A DNA stretch of 32,000 bases from the NCBI RefSeq assembly GCF_008000775.2, contig NZ_CP042905.2:3030001-3062000 (forward strand). Reading direction: 5' to 3'. Of the stretch, positions 7,888-17,044 are shown piece by piece. The position numbers and the translations under genes were made by a program. Every line of letters begins with the position of its first letter. Position 1 is the first letter of the stretch. The DNA is from Promethearchaeum syntrophicum (GTDB lineage Archaea > Asgardarchaeota > Lokiarchaeia > Sigyniarchaeales > Promethearchaeaceae). The notes beneath the pieces were generated by a model. The model did no database searches. It had not been told where the DNA came from and saw only the letters and a list, made by a program, of their open reading frames with translations.

Positions 7888-8973
7888 TTAAATATTCCCA
7901 AAAACTAAAAACTTCTTGTCGCTACCAAGAGAGAAAACTTGGAATCTTTTTCCTTTTTTAGTTTCACAATTTAAAACCAATACGGGAAATACATAAATTG
8001 GTAATCTTATATTAGTATCATCATTTTTTGAAGCTAGTTTCCATTCTTTCGCTGCTTCTTTAACAGAGTTTTTAATTTCTCTTGAGTAGTAACCTAAACT
8101 AGGTTCAATGAATTTTTGTTCCAATTCCTTTTCAGGTTTATGGATTACAATAGCCTCCACTTGCTCGATTGCATCATGAATTTCTTTTCCCATTTCTCTT
8201 TCTAGTCCCGATAATTTTATTGATGATAAAATAACGGGTTCGGATTGGTGTTCTTTTTTAAATGGAACAGGTTTTATTTGGTAATTGAAGAATATTCCAT
8301 ACCCTTTACAATCTGAACATGGAATAATACCGAATCCTTCACAATATCTACATAGAACCTTCCCAGTGCCTCCGCATCTACTACATGGTATTTTACCTGA
8401 ACCAATACATTCATTGCATTTTACATCAATGGTTTTTTTTGTTTTCTCTTCCTTTTCATTTAATATAGTTATTTCAATAGTTTTTTTCCCCGTTCCTTTG
8501 CATTCTTTACAATTTGTCCGATCCGAATTTCCCCCACAATCGGGACAAGGAATGAATCTAGAACCATCACATTTTTTGCATTTCATTCCACCACGACCAT
8601 CACATCGACTACAATTTTGTTTTTGGAGAGTATTATAAAAGGGAACTTCAGTAGATGCTTTCCATTCAGATTTAATAGGATAACCATCAATATTATAGAA
8701 TTTTTCTTTTTCAATATCTCTAACTGATGCTTTTTCGGTTTTTACTTTTTCTCTCGAAGGTTCGATATCTATTGACTTCTCTAAATAAATTACGGTAGCT
8801 TTTTCAACACCTTTTACATATTCCGCTGCTGTTATATTTTCTAATTTAAAGACAGCGCCTTTAACACCGTAATATTTTTCTAAATTCTGTTTTTTTGCGT
8901 TCTTTTGTTTCCATTTCTCCCAAATAACATCTGGATTAGCCGATTTTATTGATATATTTCCCATTTTTTGCAC
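7888..8973 (-). CDS. Cysteine-rich protein with eight CxxCxGxG repeats (two DnaJ-type CR zinc-finger modules), no J domain
   Basis: 361 aa. The repeats are CSRCDGRG, CKKCDGSR, CPDCGGNS, CKECKGTG, CNECIGSG, CSRCGGTG, CRYCEGFG and CSDCKGYG. The flanking N- and C-terminal domains are unrecognised. Confidence 0.7.
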   Translation of the reverse strand: MQKMGNISIKSANPDVIWEKWKQKNAKKQNLEKYYGVKGAVFKLENITAAEYVKGVEKATVIYLEKSIDIEPSREKVKTEKASVRDIEKEKFYNIDGYPIKSEWKASTEVPFYNTLQKQNCSRCDGRGGMKCKKCDGSRFIPCPDCGGNSDRTNCKECKGTGKKTIEITILNEKEEKTKKTIDVKCNECIGSGKIPCSRCGGTGKVLCRYCEGFGIIPCSDCKGYGIFFNYQIKPVPFKKEHQSEPVILSSIKLSGLEREMGKEIHDAIEQVEAIVIHKPEKELEQKFIEPSLGYYSREIKNSVKEAAKEWKLASKNDDTNIRLPIYVFPVLVLNCETKKGKRFQVFSLGSDKKFLVFGNI

Positions 8974-9171
8974 ATCTAATTAATTAAAATTTTTTTTTAA
9001 TGCTTTTTCTTATTTGATTTCTGCACTTTAATAGATTTTCTATGAGATTTTATTTCGCAACAATAATTTAAAGAAGATATTGGATCAAATTTTTACAAAA
9101 ATTAAAAATCGTATTTTTCTTATAGATTTTCAATTTTTTATCTGTATAATGATTAATTTTTAGGCAAATCC

Positions 9172-9180
9172 TTTATTAAA
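9172..9180 (+). promoter_or_regulatory. Candidate TATA box (tttattaaa) ~25 nt upstream of the ATG at 9201
   Basis: The spacing fits a leaderless archaeal transcript, and no Shine-Dalgarno is present. Confidence 0.3.
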
Positions 9181-9200
9181 TCTCTATCTAATATCAAAAT

Positions 9201-9572
9201 ATGAACTGGAAACGCTTTTTTTTTAGTATTCCTTTAGGAATGTTAATGGGAGTATTTTGTATTATTGGACTCTCCCAACGAATTCCTACAGGAGGAGTTG
9301 ATCCTAGCAATTCAATTTACCTTTGGGGAGCATGGTACGAACGCGTTATAATGGGTGTTATGATTGGATTTGCTGGTGAATTAGTAATTTTTAAATCCAA
9401 AAGAAATTTATTTAATGCATTTCTTCGAGGAGCAATTCTGGGGTTGTTTACTTCAGCAGGATTTGCATTTTTCCAACAATTTATTGATTTAACCTTTTTC
9501 CTTACAGGTATTATTTTTGGTGGAATAATTGATATTATTGCAACATTTGTTAGTCGAGATAAAATTGATTGA
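9201..9572 (+). CDS. Small integral membrane protein (about 4 TM helices), function unknown
   Basis: 123 aa. The hydrophobic segments are FFFSIPLGMLMGVFCIIGL, VIMGVMIGFAGELVIF, AILGLFTSAGFAFF and LTFFLTGIIFGGIIDIIATF. It has a clean ATG, is divergent from the zinc-finger gene, and has a T9 tract after the stop. Confidence 0.6.
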   Translation: MNWKRFFFSIPLGMLMGVFCIIGLSQRIPTGGVDPSNSIYLWGAWYERVIMGVMIGFAGELVIFKSKRNLFNAFLRGAILGLFTSAGFAFFQQFIDLTFFLTGIIFGGIIDIIATFVSRDKID

Positions 9573-9582
9573 TAGGTTGTTG

Positions 9583-9596
9583 TTTTTTTTTCTTTT
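9583..9596 (+). terminator. T9-c-T4 tract 11 nt after the stop codon of the 123-aa membrane protein gene
   Basis: The sequence is tga taggttgttg tttttttttctttt. Confidence 0.4.
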
Positions 9597-9676
9597 ATAT
9601 ATAGATTTTATAAAATAATTTCTGTTGATCTAGCTAATCTATGAATATTGCTTAATAGAGGTAAAAAATGGTATAT

Positions 9677-11197
9677 TTAATTTTGAAATATATCATAATT
9701 AGGGCAAAAAATGGAATGTATATGATCACTTATCAAATTTAATTGATTTTTCTTAAAAGATTTGACATTCATTTTTTCCGAATTTTTTATTAAAGCCAAA
9801 AATTCTGAGGATTGGTTATATTCATAATCAATTTTTGCATTAATTCGATATAATTCAAATTTCTGAGCAATTTTTTGCGCTTGTGCCATTATATCTTGAT
9901 AATGATCAGGTTCGATATTTAAAATTGAAATTTTCGCTTTAATCAATAAAGATTCGATATAAATTGAATGAGAATTTGTCTCTTTAGAAATTTGACTTAT
10001 TTTTTCCACGTAATACTGTAAATCATTCAAGATTGTCGGATCGTCTATTTTATACATTTTTAATATTAATATGTTACATAAATTCACCAAAGCCATTACA
10101 GTGATATCATGATAACGAATTTTATCATGGATTATAGCTTTTAAATTGTCTTCAGCTTTTTTAGAGTTATCAAATCCTCCTTTAGATTTCAAAATCATAG
10201 CTTCTGCTAAAAGAAATCGTTGAAGAATTATTTTATTTTTATCTCTTTTCTTATTTTGCGTTAATTTTGCAAAATATTTATTTGCATTTTTATAATCGCT
10301 CATTTCGATAAATACAGCAATAATTGGAATTAAAATCTCTGAAATCTGAAAAATATCCTTCAAATCTTCAGAAATCTCTAATGCTTTTAAGAGAAATTTT
10401 ATTGCTTTTTTATGTTCTTTCTTATGCCATAGTACTTCTCCAATGTTTTGTGAGGCAACTTGAATTCCTTCTGTATAGTTATTTCGAATATCAATTTCTA
10501 GAGATTTTGTCATATATTCTAAGCTATTGTTAAGCTCGCCTAATTGTATTAAAATTGCCCCAATATTATTACCCGTTTTTGAAATACCTCTAGTATAGTT
10601 AATAATTTCATAAATTCCGTACGCTTTTTTCAAGTAAGATAATCCTTTTATCAAATCTCCTTTTGCGTTATGCATTACTCCAATATTATTATATGCGTGA
10701 GCAAGATCTAAATTTTTATTCAATTTCAATCTAATTTTTAAATTAAAATTAAAGTAATCCAAAGCTCTATCCAATTCACCTGTTTGCCAGTAGTAACCGC
10801 CTCTTAAGATGAGAATATCAGAAGTTTTTTCTAAAATTTCATTCTGGGTTATTTTTTGAGGATGGACTATATTTATTTTATGCTCAGCAACCTCAATTAT
10901 ATGTAAAATTTCATCTCGTTTTCCCATTGAAAATAATATTTTAGCTTTTTCGATTAAAATGGATGCTTCAAACATATTGTTGGAGGTTATTTTCTTATCT
11001 GAAAGTAATTTATTTGTTAATTTTAAGCCTTGCTTATATAAGCCTAATTTTTCTAAAAATCTTAATTTTAAAATATTTATTTTGGTTTTTTCATTAAAAT
11101 CTATATCTTTTCGTTTACTAAATTCTTCAATTTTAGATAAACCCTCTTTAAAAAAACTTTTTTCAAATAAATTTTCGAGTATTTCTAGGTTTTCCAT
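9677..11197 (-). CDS. Tetratricopeptide (TPR) repeat protein
   Basis: 506 aa. There are several 34-aa TPR-like units, e.g. AHAYNNIGVMHNAKGDLIKGLSYLKKAYGIYEII, ISKTGNNIGAILIQLGELNNSLEYMTKSLEI and VASQNIGEVLWHKKEHKKAIKFLLKALEI. No enzymatic motif is seen. Confidence 0.8.
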   Translation of the reverse strand: MENLEILENLFEKSFFKEGLSKIEEFSKRKDIDFNEKTKINILKLRFLEKLGLYKQGLKLTNKLLSDKKITSNNMFEASILIEKAKILFSMGKRDEILHIIEVAEHKINIVHPQKITQNEILEKTSDILILRGGYYWQTGELDRALDYFNFNLKIRLKLNKNLDLAHAYNNIGVMHNAKGDLIKGLSYLKKAYGIYEIINYTRGISKTGNNIGAILIQLGELNNSLEYMTKSLEIDIRNNYTEGIQVASQNIGEVLWHKKEHKKAIKFLLKALEISEDLKDIFQISEILIPIIAVFIEMSDYKNANKYFAKLTQNKKRDKNKIILQRFLLAEAMILKSKGGFDNSKKAEDNLKAIIHDKIRYHDITVMALVNLCNILILKMYKIDDPTILNDLQYYVEKISQISKETNSHSIYIESLLIKAKISILNIEPDHYQDIMAQAQKIAQKFELYRINAKIDYEYNQSSEFLALIKNSEKMNVKSFKKNQLNLISDHIHSIFCPNYDIFQN

Positions 11198-11456
11198 CGA
11201 GCATCATTTCTCCCTTTTTAATGATTATTCAAAATTAATATTTAATATTTTTTAAAAAAATATTCCTTAAAATCTTGATGGTTCTCTTCAAAATAATGAA
11301 AATTTTTTAAGTTTAATATGATTATTCCTTTTTTCCGAAGAAAAACGGGAATTCGGACAAAAATATTGAATAAAATATGATAATGTATGCTTATGGTACA
11401 TTTTCTTTAGATAACTTTTTCGTATGAATAGCATATGAGTAATAGAGTGAATAATG

Positions 11457-11465
11457 AAAAAAAAA
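11457..11465 (-). terminator. T9 tract ~19 nt downstream of the stop of the 1252-aa gene
   Basis: The minus strand after the stop (11484-11486) reads gattaagttaggaaccaattttttttt. Confidence 0.4.
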
Positions 11466-11483
11466 TTGGTTCCTAACTTAATC

Positions 11484-14400
11484 TTATCTCTTTTCTAATA
11501 ATACAGACTTCTTCTTTTTAGCTTCTTCCACTCTTGCTTCACAACTCCGAAGATTATGCTCTGCTGAACGAATTGCATCTTTAAAAGTTTTATGAGCTTT
11601 CTTTAATGCTTTGTAACTTAAATAAATCTCACGATCTAAATCTGCATCATCTTCTTTTGCATTATAAATTTCTTCTTGCACTTCTCTGGCTTCACGAACT
11701 TCAGTATAATGATCCTTTGCCTGATTGAGAATATTTATAACTTCGTTTAAATTTTTCTTCTCTTTTTCTAATGTAGATTCAGCATTTTGGCGTTCAATTA
11801 AAGATTGTTCTGCTCCTTCTTTCTCGTCACTCACATTTCGAAGTTCCAATTTCTCATCAGTAACTAGTTTTTGGGCCAGTTTTTCCTCTTTATCAGCAAA
11901 ATCGAATTCTTCTTGGCATAAAATTTGGTTATCTCGCTTTTCTTCATAGACTTTTTGAGGTTCAACAAGTTTTTCTGTAAATTCTTGCATAGTATGCTCT
12001 ACATCATCAAGTTGTTGTTCTATTGCCATTAGATCGGGTTGATCTTCTTCGAGCAGTCTTAAAGTTTTTTGAGCTTTAACAACTTTTGATTGAGTGCTCT
12101 TAGCGTCCTTTAGTTCTGCACGATATTGTTTTATTTTCACCTCGGTTGTATTAATGGCATCTAATATAGTATCAATATTTGCTTGATCTACTGAATCTTG
12201 CTTTTTCAAGATTCTTAATTCTGTTTTTTTCTCTTTTAAAAATGATTCTGCTTCTTTTAACTTACTTTCTCCTTTAGAAATTGAAATTATTTCACTTTGA
12301 ATCATTTTTGCCTCTTCTAATATAGCTTTTGCTTCATCAATTTCATGTTGCCGATTAATTGCTTTTTCATGGGAGGATTTAATCTTTTTATATTCCTTTT
12401 GAACCTTAACCAATTCTTTTTCAACTTGATCCAGAATTAATTTTGCTGTATCTGTCTCTTTTTTGGCTGCCTTTAACACAACTTCCTTATCTTCCAGAAT
12501 TTTCACTTTTTCTGCTAGAGTATTTTCCGACGTGGTAACTGCATCTTGAGCGGTTTGAACTTGATCTTCAAATAATTGGATATCTTTCTTAATTTCGTCA
12601 ACAGTCTTTAAAGCACCAAGAAAATCGGTAGCGTTTTGAACTTCTTTTGAAGCATTATCATATACAACTTGTGCTCTTGATAATTTTTCTTCAGCGTCCA
12701 CTTCCTTTTGTTTTGCTTTTTCTAATTCAAGGTAACTTAAGTTTTCAATTTCAGCGGTTTTAAACAATTCTTCTGCGGAATCTAATAAAGGTTGTGCTGC
12801 TTCAGCACGTTCTTTGAGAGAAACTACATCTAATTCCAATGCTTCAATTTTTCTTTGGATATCTTTAATATTTTGTTGAATTTCCAAAAGATTAGCTCGT
12901 TTAGAATTTGCATCTTCAAGGTTGGATTTTGCTTCATTCCATTCTGGTAATAAATTAGCAATTGTGAATTTATTGCTAGCAATTTTTGTATTACTCTTTT
13001 TGATTTTAGAATCTAGATCATTGTATTCTTTAAGCGAAATTTTATATTTTTCCTTCTTTTCTCTCATCAATTCTTCATCTAAAGAACCCTCTTCATTATA
13101 TACATCTTCTGGTTGAATAGGCTTTTCTAAACTTGAAAATTCTTGTTCTAAATCATTTAATTTGATTTCTTCATTTGAAATTTCGTTTTCAAGTTTTTTC
13201 TTCTTCTCATTAATGGAATTAAAATTATCTGCAATTGTAGGATCTAGCTCATCGATTTCTTTTTGTGCAATTTTTTCGCTCTTAATAAATTCTTCAATTT
13301 CTACCTTAGAATTTTTAAGAGTTTCAACAGCTTCCTCATACTTCGCTTTTTCTATTCCTGCTTCTTTAAGGTTTTTCTTTGCAATTTCAAACTTTTCCTT
13401 TGCTGATTTATCTGCCTCTGCCTCATCAAGAGTTTGAACAACCGCATCCTCTTCTTCACCCCCAACAATTACGATCTTCTTTTCGAGCATGTAATCATTT
13501 AGAGTCGTTGTTATTATTTCTTCATTTTCAATTGTTTGTAAAAGTCTTTCTTTATACCGTTGACTGACCTCAATGAGCATAGCTTTAGTCTCAGGAGTGG
13601 TGAAAGATGATTTGCGGATAAACCCTCGACGTTCCATGATCCACTTGCTATACCAGAAATAAAATCCTAAATATACAAAAGAAACAATTACACCAGTGCC
13701 CAAATTAAGCACATTTTGACTTGTTCCACTTGCAATTAAAGACCATTGCCCCCCCCAATATGAAGCAACGAAAATAAACAAGATAATCACGAGATTGAAT
13801 TTGGTGATTTTCGTGCTTTCAACTGATTTTATTTTTAATCCGAAAGTTCGGACTAAATTTAAAATTGTAATAACCATCAATAATATGCTAGTAATCCAAT
13901 CGAAAATTTGATAATACCACGCTACGGATGCTTCAGTTCCTTCAAGGGTGGTCGCAATTGTAATATAAGTATTAATTATTAGGAAAAGCTTAATCCAAAG
14001 TAAAAACCAGAAAATTATATAAAATACACCAGAATATACATTAATTGTTTGGTTTGATTTACTTTTTCTATAGAGTTTCACTTGATTTTGAGTCGTTGCA
14101 ATTGTTATTCCAAAAACAATAATTACCCAAATTAAGATCCCTTGAAGTGCTTGAGTTCCCCACCAAATATCTGTGAAATAACCAGTAAAGAAAATAAGAA
14201 ATCTCGATTCTTCGGGTCCAATTGGATTAGCTACCAACCAATCATTCCAGGAAAAATTTTCAGGAATAAAACGTGATGTTCGTGGATTAGTCGGGTTCAA
14301 CGCTTCAAGGAAATCTGGTGTATCAAAATACAAGAATAGCCAGATGAAAAATATCTGAAAAATAAATGGGATGATCATATATATTATATTTAAGATCGTA

Positions 14401-15242
14401 GCAGTTCTGTTCTTGGATTCATTTGATTTTAATTCACGTTTGATTTGAAAACGAGCTTCTGATTTTATTGAGGTTTTTTCTATTGTATCTTTCACATATA
14501 CGATTTGAATTATATTCCAACCAAAAAATACGATTGCTAATATAATTCCAAATAATGTTTGATATTGGAGAAATGGTACAGTACCTTCAACTCCTTGATC
14601 AACTATGCTCCACCATAGTAAACAAACAACAAATCCAACTCCTAACGAAATCCCGGTTATTAATGCTTTAATCCCGACTTTTTCATCAGCAAATATTATA
14701 TCGTGAAGTTTTTTTTTTCGAGAAAGTAAAAATATTAATGTAAATCCGATTATCATTGTAAAAGAGATGGTTATAATCAAAAATTGGTTTAAATTGGTGA
14801 TCCCCTCCTTTCCAAGGAAATTTACACCTTGCGTACTCTCACCGAACGGAATTAATGTGAGAACACCAATTAATATTGCTCCAACTATAAAAACGATGGT
14901 ATATAATCGCACCCGCTTATCAAAAACTTTAAGAAATTGGCCTTCAATAATTTCTGACGTTTTTTTATTTAATTCCTGCTGTTTTTCTTTAATTTTTTCT
15001 TTAAACTTTTTTTTTTCGAGCTTTTTCAACTCTTTTTCAGATAATTTTTCATCTAATGAACTTTCCCAATGAATTTCATCAGTGTGAGCCTCAGTCTCAA
15101 GATTTTCAGTTTCTTTAGCTTCTTCATCTTTATCAATTTCTTCGGCTTCTTCTTCATCTGCTTCTAGTTCATTTTCTGCAATTTCTTCATTTTCTTCATT
15201 TTCTGAAGATTCCTTTTCAGATTCTAATTCTTCTTCTTCCAT
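11484..15242 (-). CDS. Large orphan protein: acidic N-terminus, ~11-TM membrane core, ~650-aa C-terminal coiled coil
   Basis: An uninterrupted ORF of 1252 aa. Residues 1-60 are E/D-rich. Residues ~113-545 hold about 11 hydrophobic segments. Residues ~590-1252 are heptad-like and E/K/Q/L-rich. No Walker A or other catalytic motif is seen. Confidence 0.85.
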   Translation of the reverse strand: MEEEELESEKESSENEENEEIAENELEADEEEAEEIDKDEEAKETENLETEAHTDEIHWESSLDEKLSEKELKKLEKKKFKEKIKEKQQELNKKTSEIIEGQFLKVFDKRVRLYTIVFIVGAILIGVLTLIPFGESTQGVNFLGKEGITNLNQFLIITISFTMIIGFTLIFLLSRKKKLHDIIFADEKVGIKALITGISLGVGFVVCLLWWSIVDQGVEGTVPFLQYQTLFGIILAIVFFGWNIIQIVYVKDTIEKTSIKSEARFQIKRELKSNESKNRTATILNIIYMIIPFIFQIFFIWLFLYFDTPDFLEALNPTNPRTSRFIPENFSWNDWLVANPIGPEESRFLIFFTGYFTDIWWGTQALQGILIWVIIVFGITIATTQNQVKLYRKSKSNQTINVYSGVFYIIFWFLLWIKLFLIINTYITIATTLEGTEASVAWYYQIFDWITSILLMVITILNLVRTFGLKIKSVESTKITKFNLVIILFIFVASYWGGQWSLIASGTSQNVLNLGTGVIVSFVYLGFYFWYSKWIMERRGFIRKSSFTTPETKAMLIEVSQRYKERLLQTIENEEIITTTLNDYMLEKKIVIVGGEEEDAVVQTLDEAEADKSAKEKFEIAKKNLKEAGIEKAKYEEAVETLKNSKVEIEEFIKSEKIAQKEIDELDPTIADNFNSINEKKKKLENEISNEEIKLNDLEQEFSSLEKPIQPEDVYNEEGSLDEELMREKKEKYKISLKEYNDLDSKIKKSNTKIASNKFTIANLLPEWNEAKSNLEDANSKRANLLEIQQNIKDIQRKIEALELDVVSLKERAEAAQPLLDSAEELFKTAEIENLSYLELEKAKQKEVDAEEKLSRAQVVYDNASKEVQNATDFLGALKTVDEIKKDIQLFEDQVQTAQDAVTTSENTLAEKVKILEDKEVVLKAAKKETDTAKLILDQVEKELVKVQKEYKKIKSSHEKAINRQHEIDEAKAILEEAKMIQSEIISISKGESKLKEAESFLKEKKTELRILKKQDSVDQANIDTILDAINTTEVKIKQYRAELKDAKSTQSKVVKAQKTLRLLEEDQPDLMAIEQQLDDVEHTMQEFTEKLVEPQKVYEEKRDNQILCQEEFDFADKEEKLAQKLVTDEKLELRNVSDEKEGAEQSLIERQNAESTLEKEKKNLNEVINILNQAKDHYTEVREAREVQEEIYNAKEDDADLDREIYLSYKALKKAHKTFKDAIRSAEHNLRSCEARVEEAKKKKSVLLEKR

Positions 15243-15354
15243 TTAAATCACGATAACTGTTTTATTTTATTATTATTACAAAATTTATGATGTAGATATC
15301 TAATAATAATCTTCTTATGAAGGATAATTTATATAAAAATAGAAAAAAAAAGGA

Positions 15355-16911
15355 TTAGGCTTTTCTTGCCTTGTAGGCTTCCTTTCCTGCATTTCGGAGT
15401 GCTTTTGGTAAGGCTTTACTGTATGCTGCTTGCTCAATCTTATCCTTTGTTTCAATTGCTGCCCTTAATTTAGATAAAATTCGACTTAACTCGCTTTTGG
15501 TTGCTTCTGTAAGATATGCTGCATCTTCAACTAACATTTTATCTGCCCGAGTCATATAAATTTCTACGATTTTTTTCTGGACCTTGCGTTCTTCACGCTT
15601 AGCTTTCTGTACATTTCCGCTAATTGCCATCATTGTTCCCGCTTTAATACCCGCCTCGACAATCATGAGCTGAATATTCCTATGTCCACCTACAACTTCC
15701 ATCAACCGTGAGATGTTTTCTCCTCTGTTAATTGCATTATTTGAGCCCGGTTCATCAATTGCACCGCGACCTCCGCACATTTGAACAATTTCATAAGCTG
15801 CATGATGTGATAATTTAGCAGTTAAATATTTTCCTTGAGCGGCCATAATCGCAGCGCTTCCCTCATCCATTGGATCAGGTTTTTCCCCTAAATGAATTTT
15901 ATGTCCTACTTTCTTATCATAAAAATCTGCTATTTGTAAAGCAAATGCGGTGTAGGCGGAAGTTTTTGAATATAAATCATCTAAAACATGGCTGATACCT
16001 TGATATTTAAATAATGATTTCCCAAATTGATGTCGAATTTGTGTAAAAATCGCTCCGTGAGCAACACTGTGCCAAAGTCCAGCTAATGATCCTGAGATTA
16101 TTGCTAGACGTTCTGGGGTTAAACCTCCAAATAATCTTTTATAACCTGTTCCTGGACCAGCCAAGATTCGTTCTGCGGGAGCAGTCACATTATCATAGGT
16201 TACTTTTGCAATACCAACCCCTCTACCAGCAGGAATATGTAGCCGCTCAGTTTTTAACCCAGCATCCCCTCTTTCAAACATAGTTAACATCATTGTTCGG
16301 CGAGGATCGGAGATATCTGTCACTCCATATGTGCTAAAATAATCTGCAACTGCTCCATTTGTGGTATATACTTTAACTCCATTATATGTTACTGAGCCAT
16401 CGTCTTGCAATGTTGCTTTCATTTTCATATTGACTGCATCTGAACCATGCTCTGTCTCAGTAATCCCAATTCCCCCAACTTTAGTTCCTCGATAAATCTC
16501 TTTTAATGCTTTTTCTTGGACTTCGGTCCTTTTTGGATTATGATATAAAGAATTTCCAACTAAAATTGCTGAAGCAGTGGCGGCAAAATCTACTTCAGGA
16601 GCCATTCCATTATTGGCTAAACTTAGTAATATTTGATGTTTACAACTTCCGGGAACTCCATCATAAGCATTCATTCTTTGGAGCATATAATGTTCTCCCA
16701 TCTTTGGTAACATTTCATAAACGTCTTCTAAATTAACTTGTTTTTGTAATTTTAAACAGACTTCTTGGAAGCCTAGGAACATTTCTTTATCTTCTTTATT
16801 TAGAAGAGGAAGTACGTTTGCGTTAATAAAAGAATAGCGATTCTTTAAACTGAGCGCTTTCTCATAGTTTTTTTCAAGCATTGTGCCGTATACGGCATCT
16901 TTTAGTTTCAT
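15355..16911 (-). CDS. Acyl-CoA dehydrogenase family flavoprotein with a ~90-aa helical, K/A-rich C-terminal extension
   Basis: The ORF is 15355..16923 with a TTG at 16923; the first ATG is at 16911 (MKLKD...). It carries the ACAD signatures GITETEHGSDAVNMKMKA and QMCGGRGAIDE, and a candidate catalytic Glu in LMEVVGGHRNIQ. The extra tail is KAKREERKVQKK...AYKARKA. Confidence 0.85.
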   Translation of the reverse strand: MKLKDAVYGTMLEKNYEKALSLKNRYSFINANVLPLLNKEDKEMFLGFQEVCLKLQKQVNLEDVYEMLPKMGEHYMLQRMNAYDGVPGSCKHQILLSLANNGMAPEVDFAATASAILVGNSLYHNPKRTEVQEKALKEIYRGTKVGGIGITETEHGSDAVNMKMKATLQDDGSVTYNGVKVYTTNGAVADYFSTYGVTDISDPRRTMMLTMFERGDAGLKTERLHIPAGRGVGIAKVTYDNVTAPAERILAGPGTGYKRLFGGLTPERLAIISGSLAGLWHSVAHGAIFTQIRHQFGKSLFKYQGISHVLDDLYSKTSAYTAFALQIADFYDKKVGHKIHLGEKPDPMDEGSAAIMAAQGKYLTAKLSHHAAYEIVQMCGGRGAIDEPGSNNAINRGENISRLMEVVGGHRNIQLMIVEAGIKAGTMMAISGNVQKAKREERKVQKKIVEIYMTRADKMLVEDAAYLTEATKSELSRILSKLRAAIETKDKIEQAAYSKALPKALRNAGKEAYKARKA

Positions 16912-17044
16912 TATTTTTTTCAACTCTTAATTTCAATTCTAAGTATGTTATTGTTATCAGAATTTGTGCCTAAATAAGCATATTTTCTTTTTTTTGAAGG
17001 AAAATAAGTAACAACTAGATGGTTGTTTGATGAAAAATTTATTT

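Noticed and set aside
6797-7961. Plus-strand ORFs 6797..7072, 7182..7412, 7367..7648 and 7713..7961, opposite or overlapping the ClC gene and its upstream spacer.
   Set aside because: They are antisense to a well-supported ClC gene. Their Pro/Ile-rich sequences mirror the Gly/Ile codons of the TM helices. The ORF at 7713..7961 runs through the poly-A spacer (KKKKTKK).
8285-8638. A 117-aa plus-strand ORF opposite the zinc-finger gene.
   Set aside because: Its His/Pro-rich sequence is the mirror image of the Cys/Gly codon repeats. The CxxCxGxG periodicity clearly identifies the minus strand as coding.
11239-11259. A near-palindrome aatattttttaaaaaaatatt, and the hairpin tccgaa...ttcgga at about 11334-11357, in the TPR/giant-gene spacer.
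   Set aside because: AT-only palindromes and 6-bp stems are expected by chance at this base composition. The T9 tract at 11457-11465 is a simpler terminator candidate.
10324-15072. Plus-strand ORFs opposite the TPR and giant coiled-coil genes (10324.., 10959.., 11725.., 12922.., 13162.., 13379.., 14767..).
   Set aside because: Their S/F/L-rich low-complexity products are what antisense GAA/AAA/GAG-rich coiled-coil codons generate. They have no starts with promoter or Shine-Dalgarno support.
11484-15242. The giant protein as a ZorA-like component of a Zorya-type defence system (membrane base plus long coiled-coil tail).
   Set aside because: This is only an architectural analogy. The protein has about 11 TM helices rather than a MotA-like core. 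No ZorB/MotB-like, helicase or nuclease partner genes are adjacent.
15280-17035. C/D-box sRNA-like motifs: tgatgt at about 15287 and tgatga at 17027-17032.
   Set aside because: There are no matching D boxes (ctga) at the required spacing and no terminal stem, so these are isolated hexamers.
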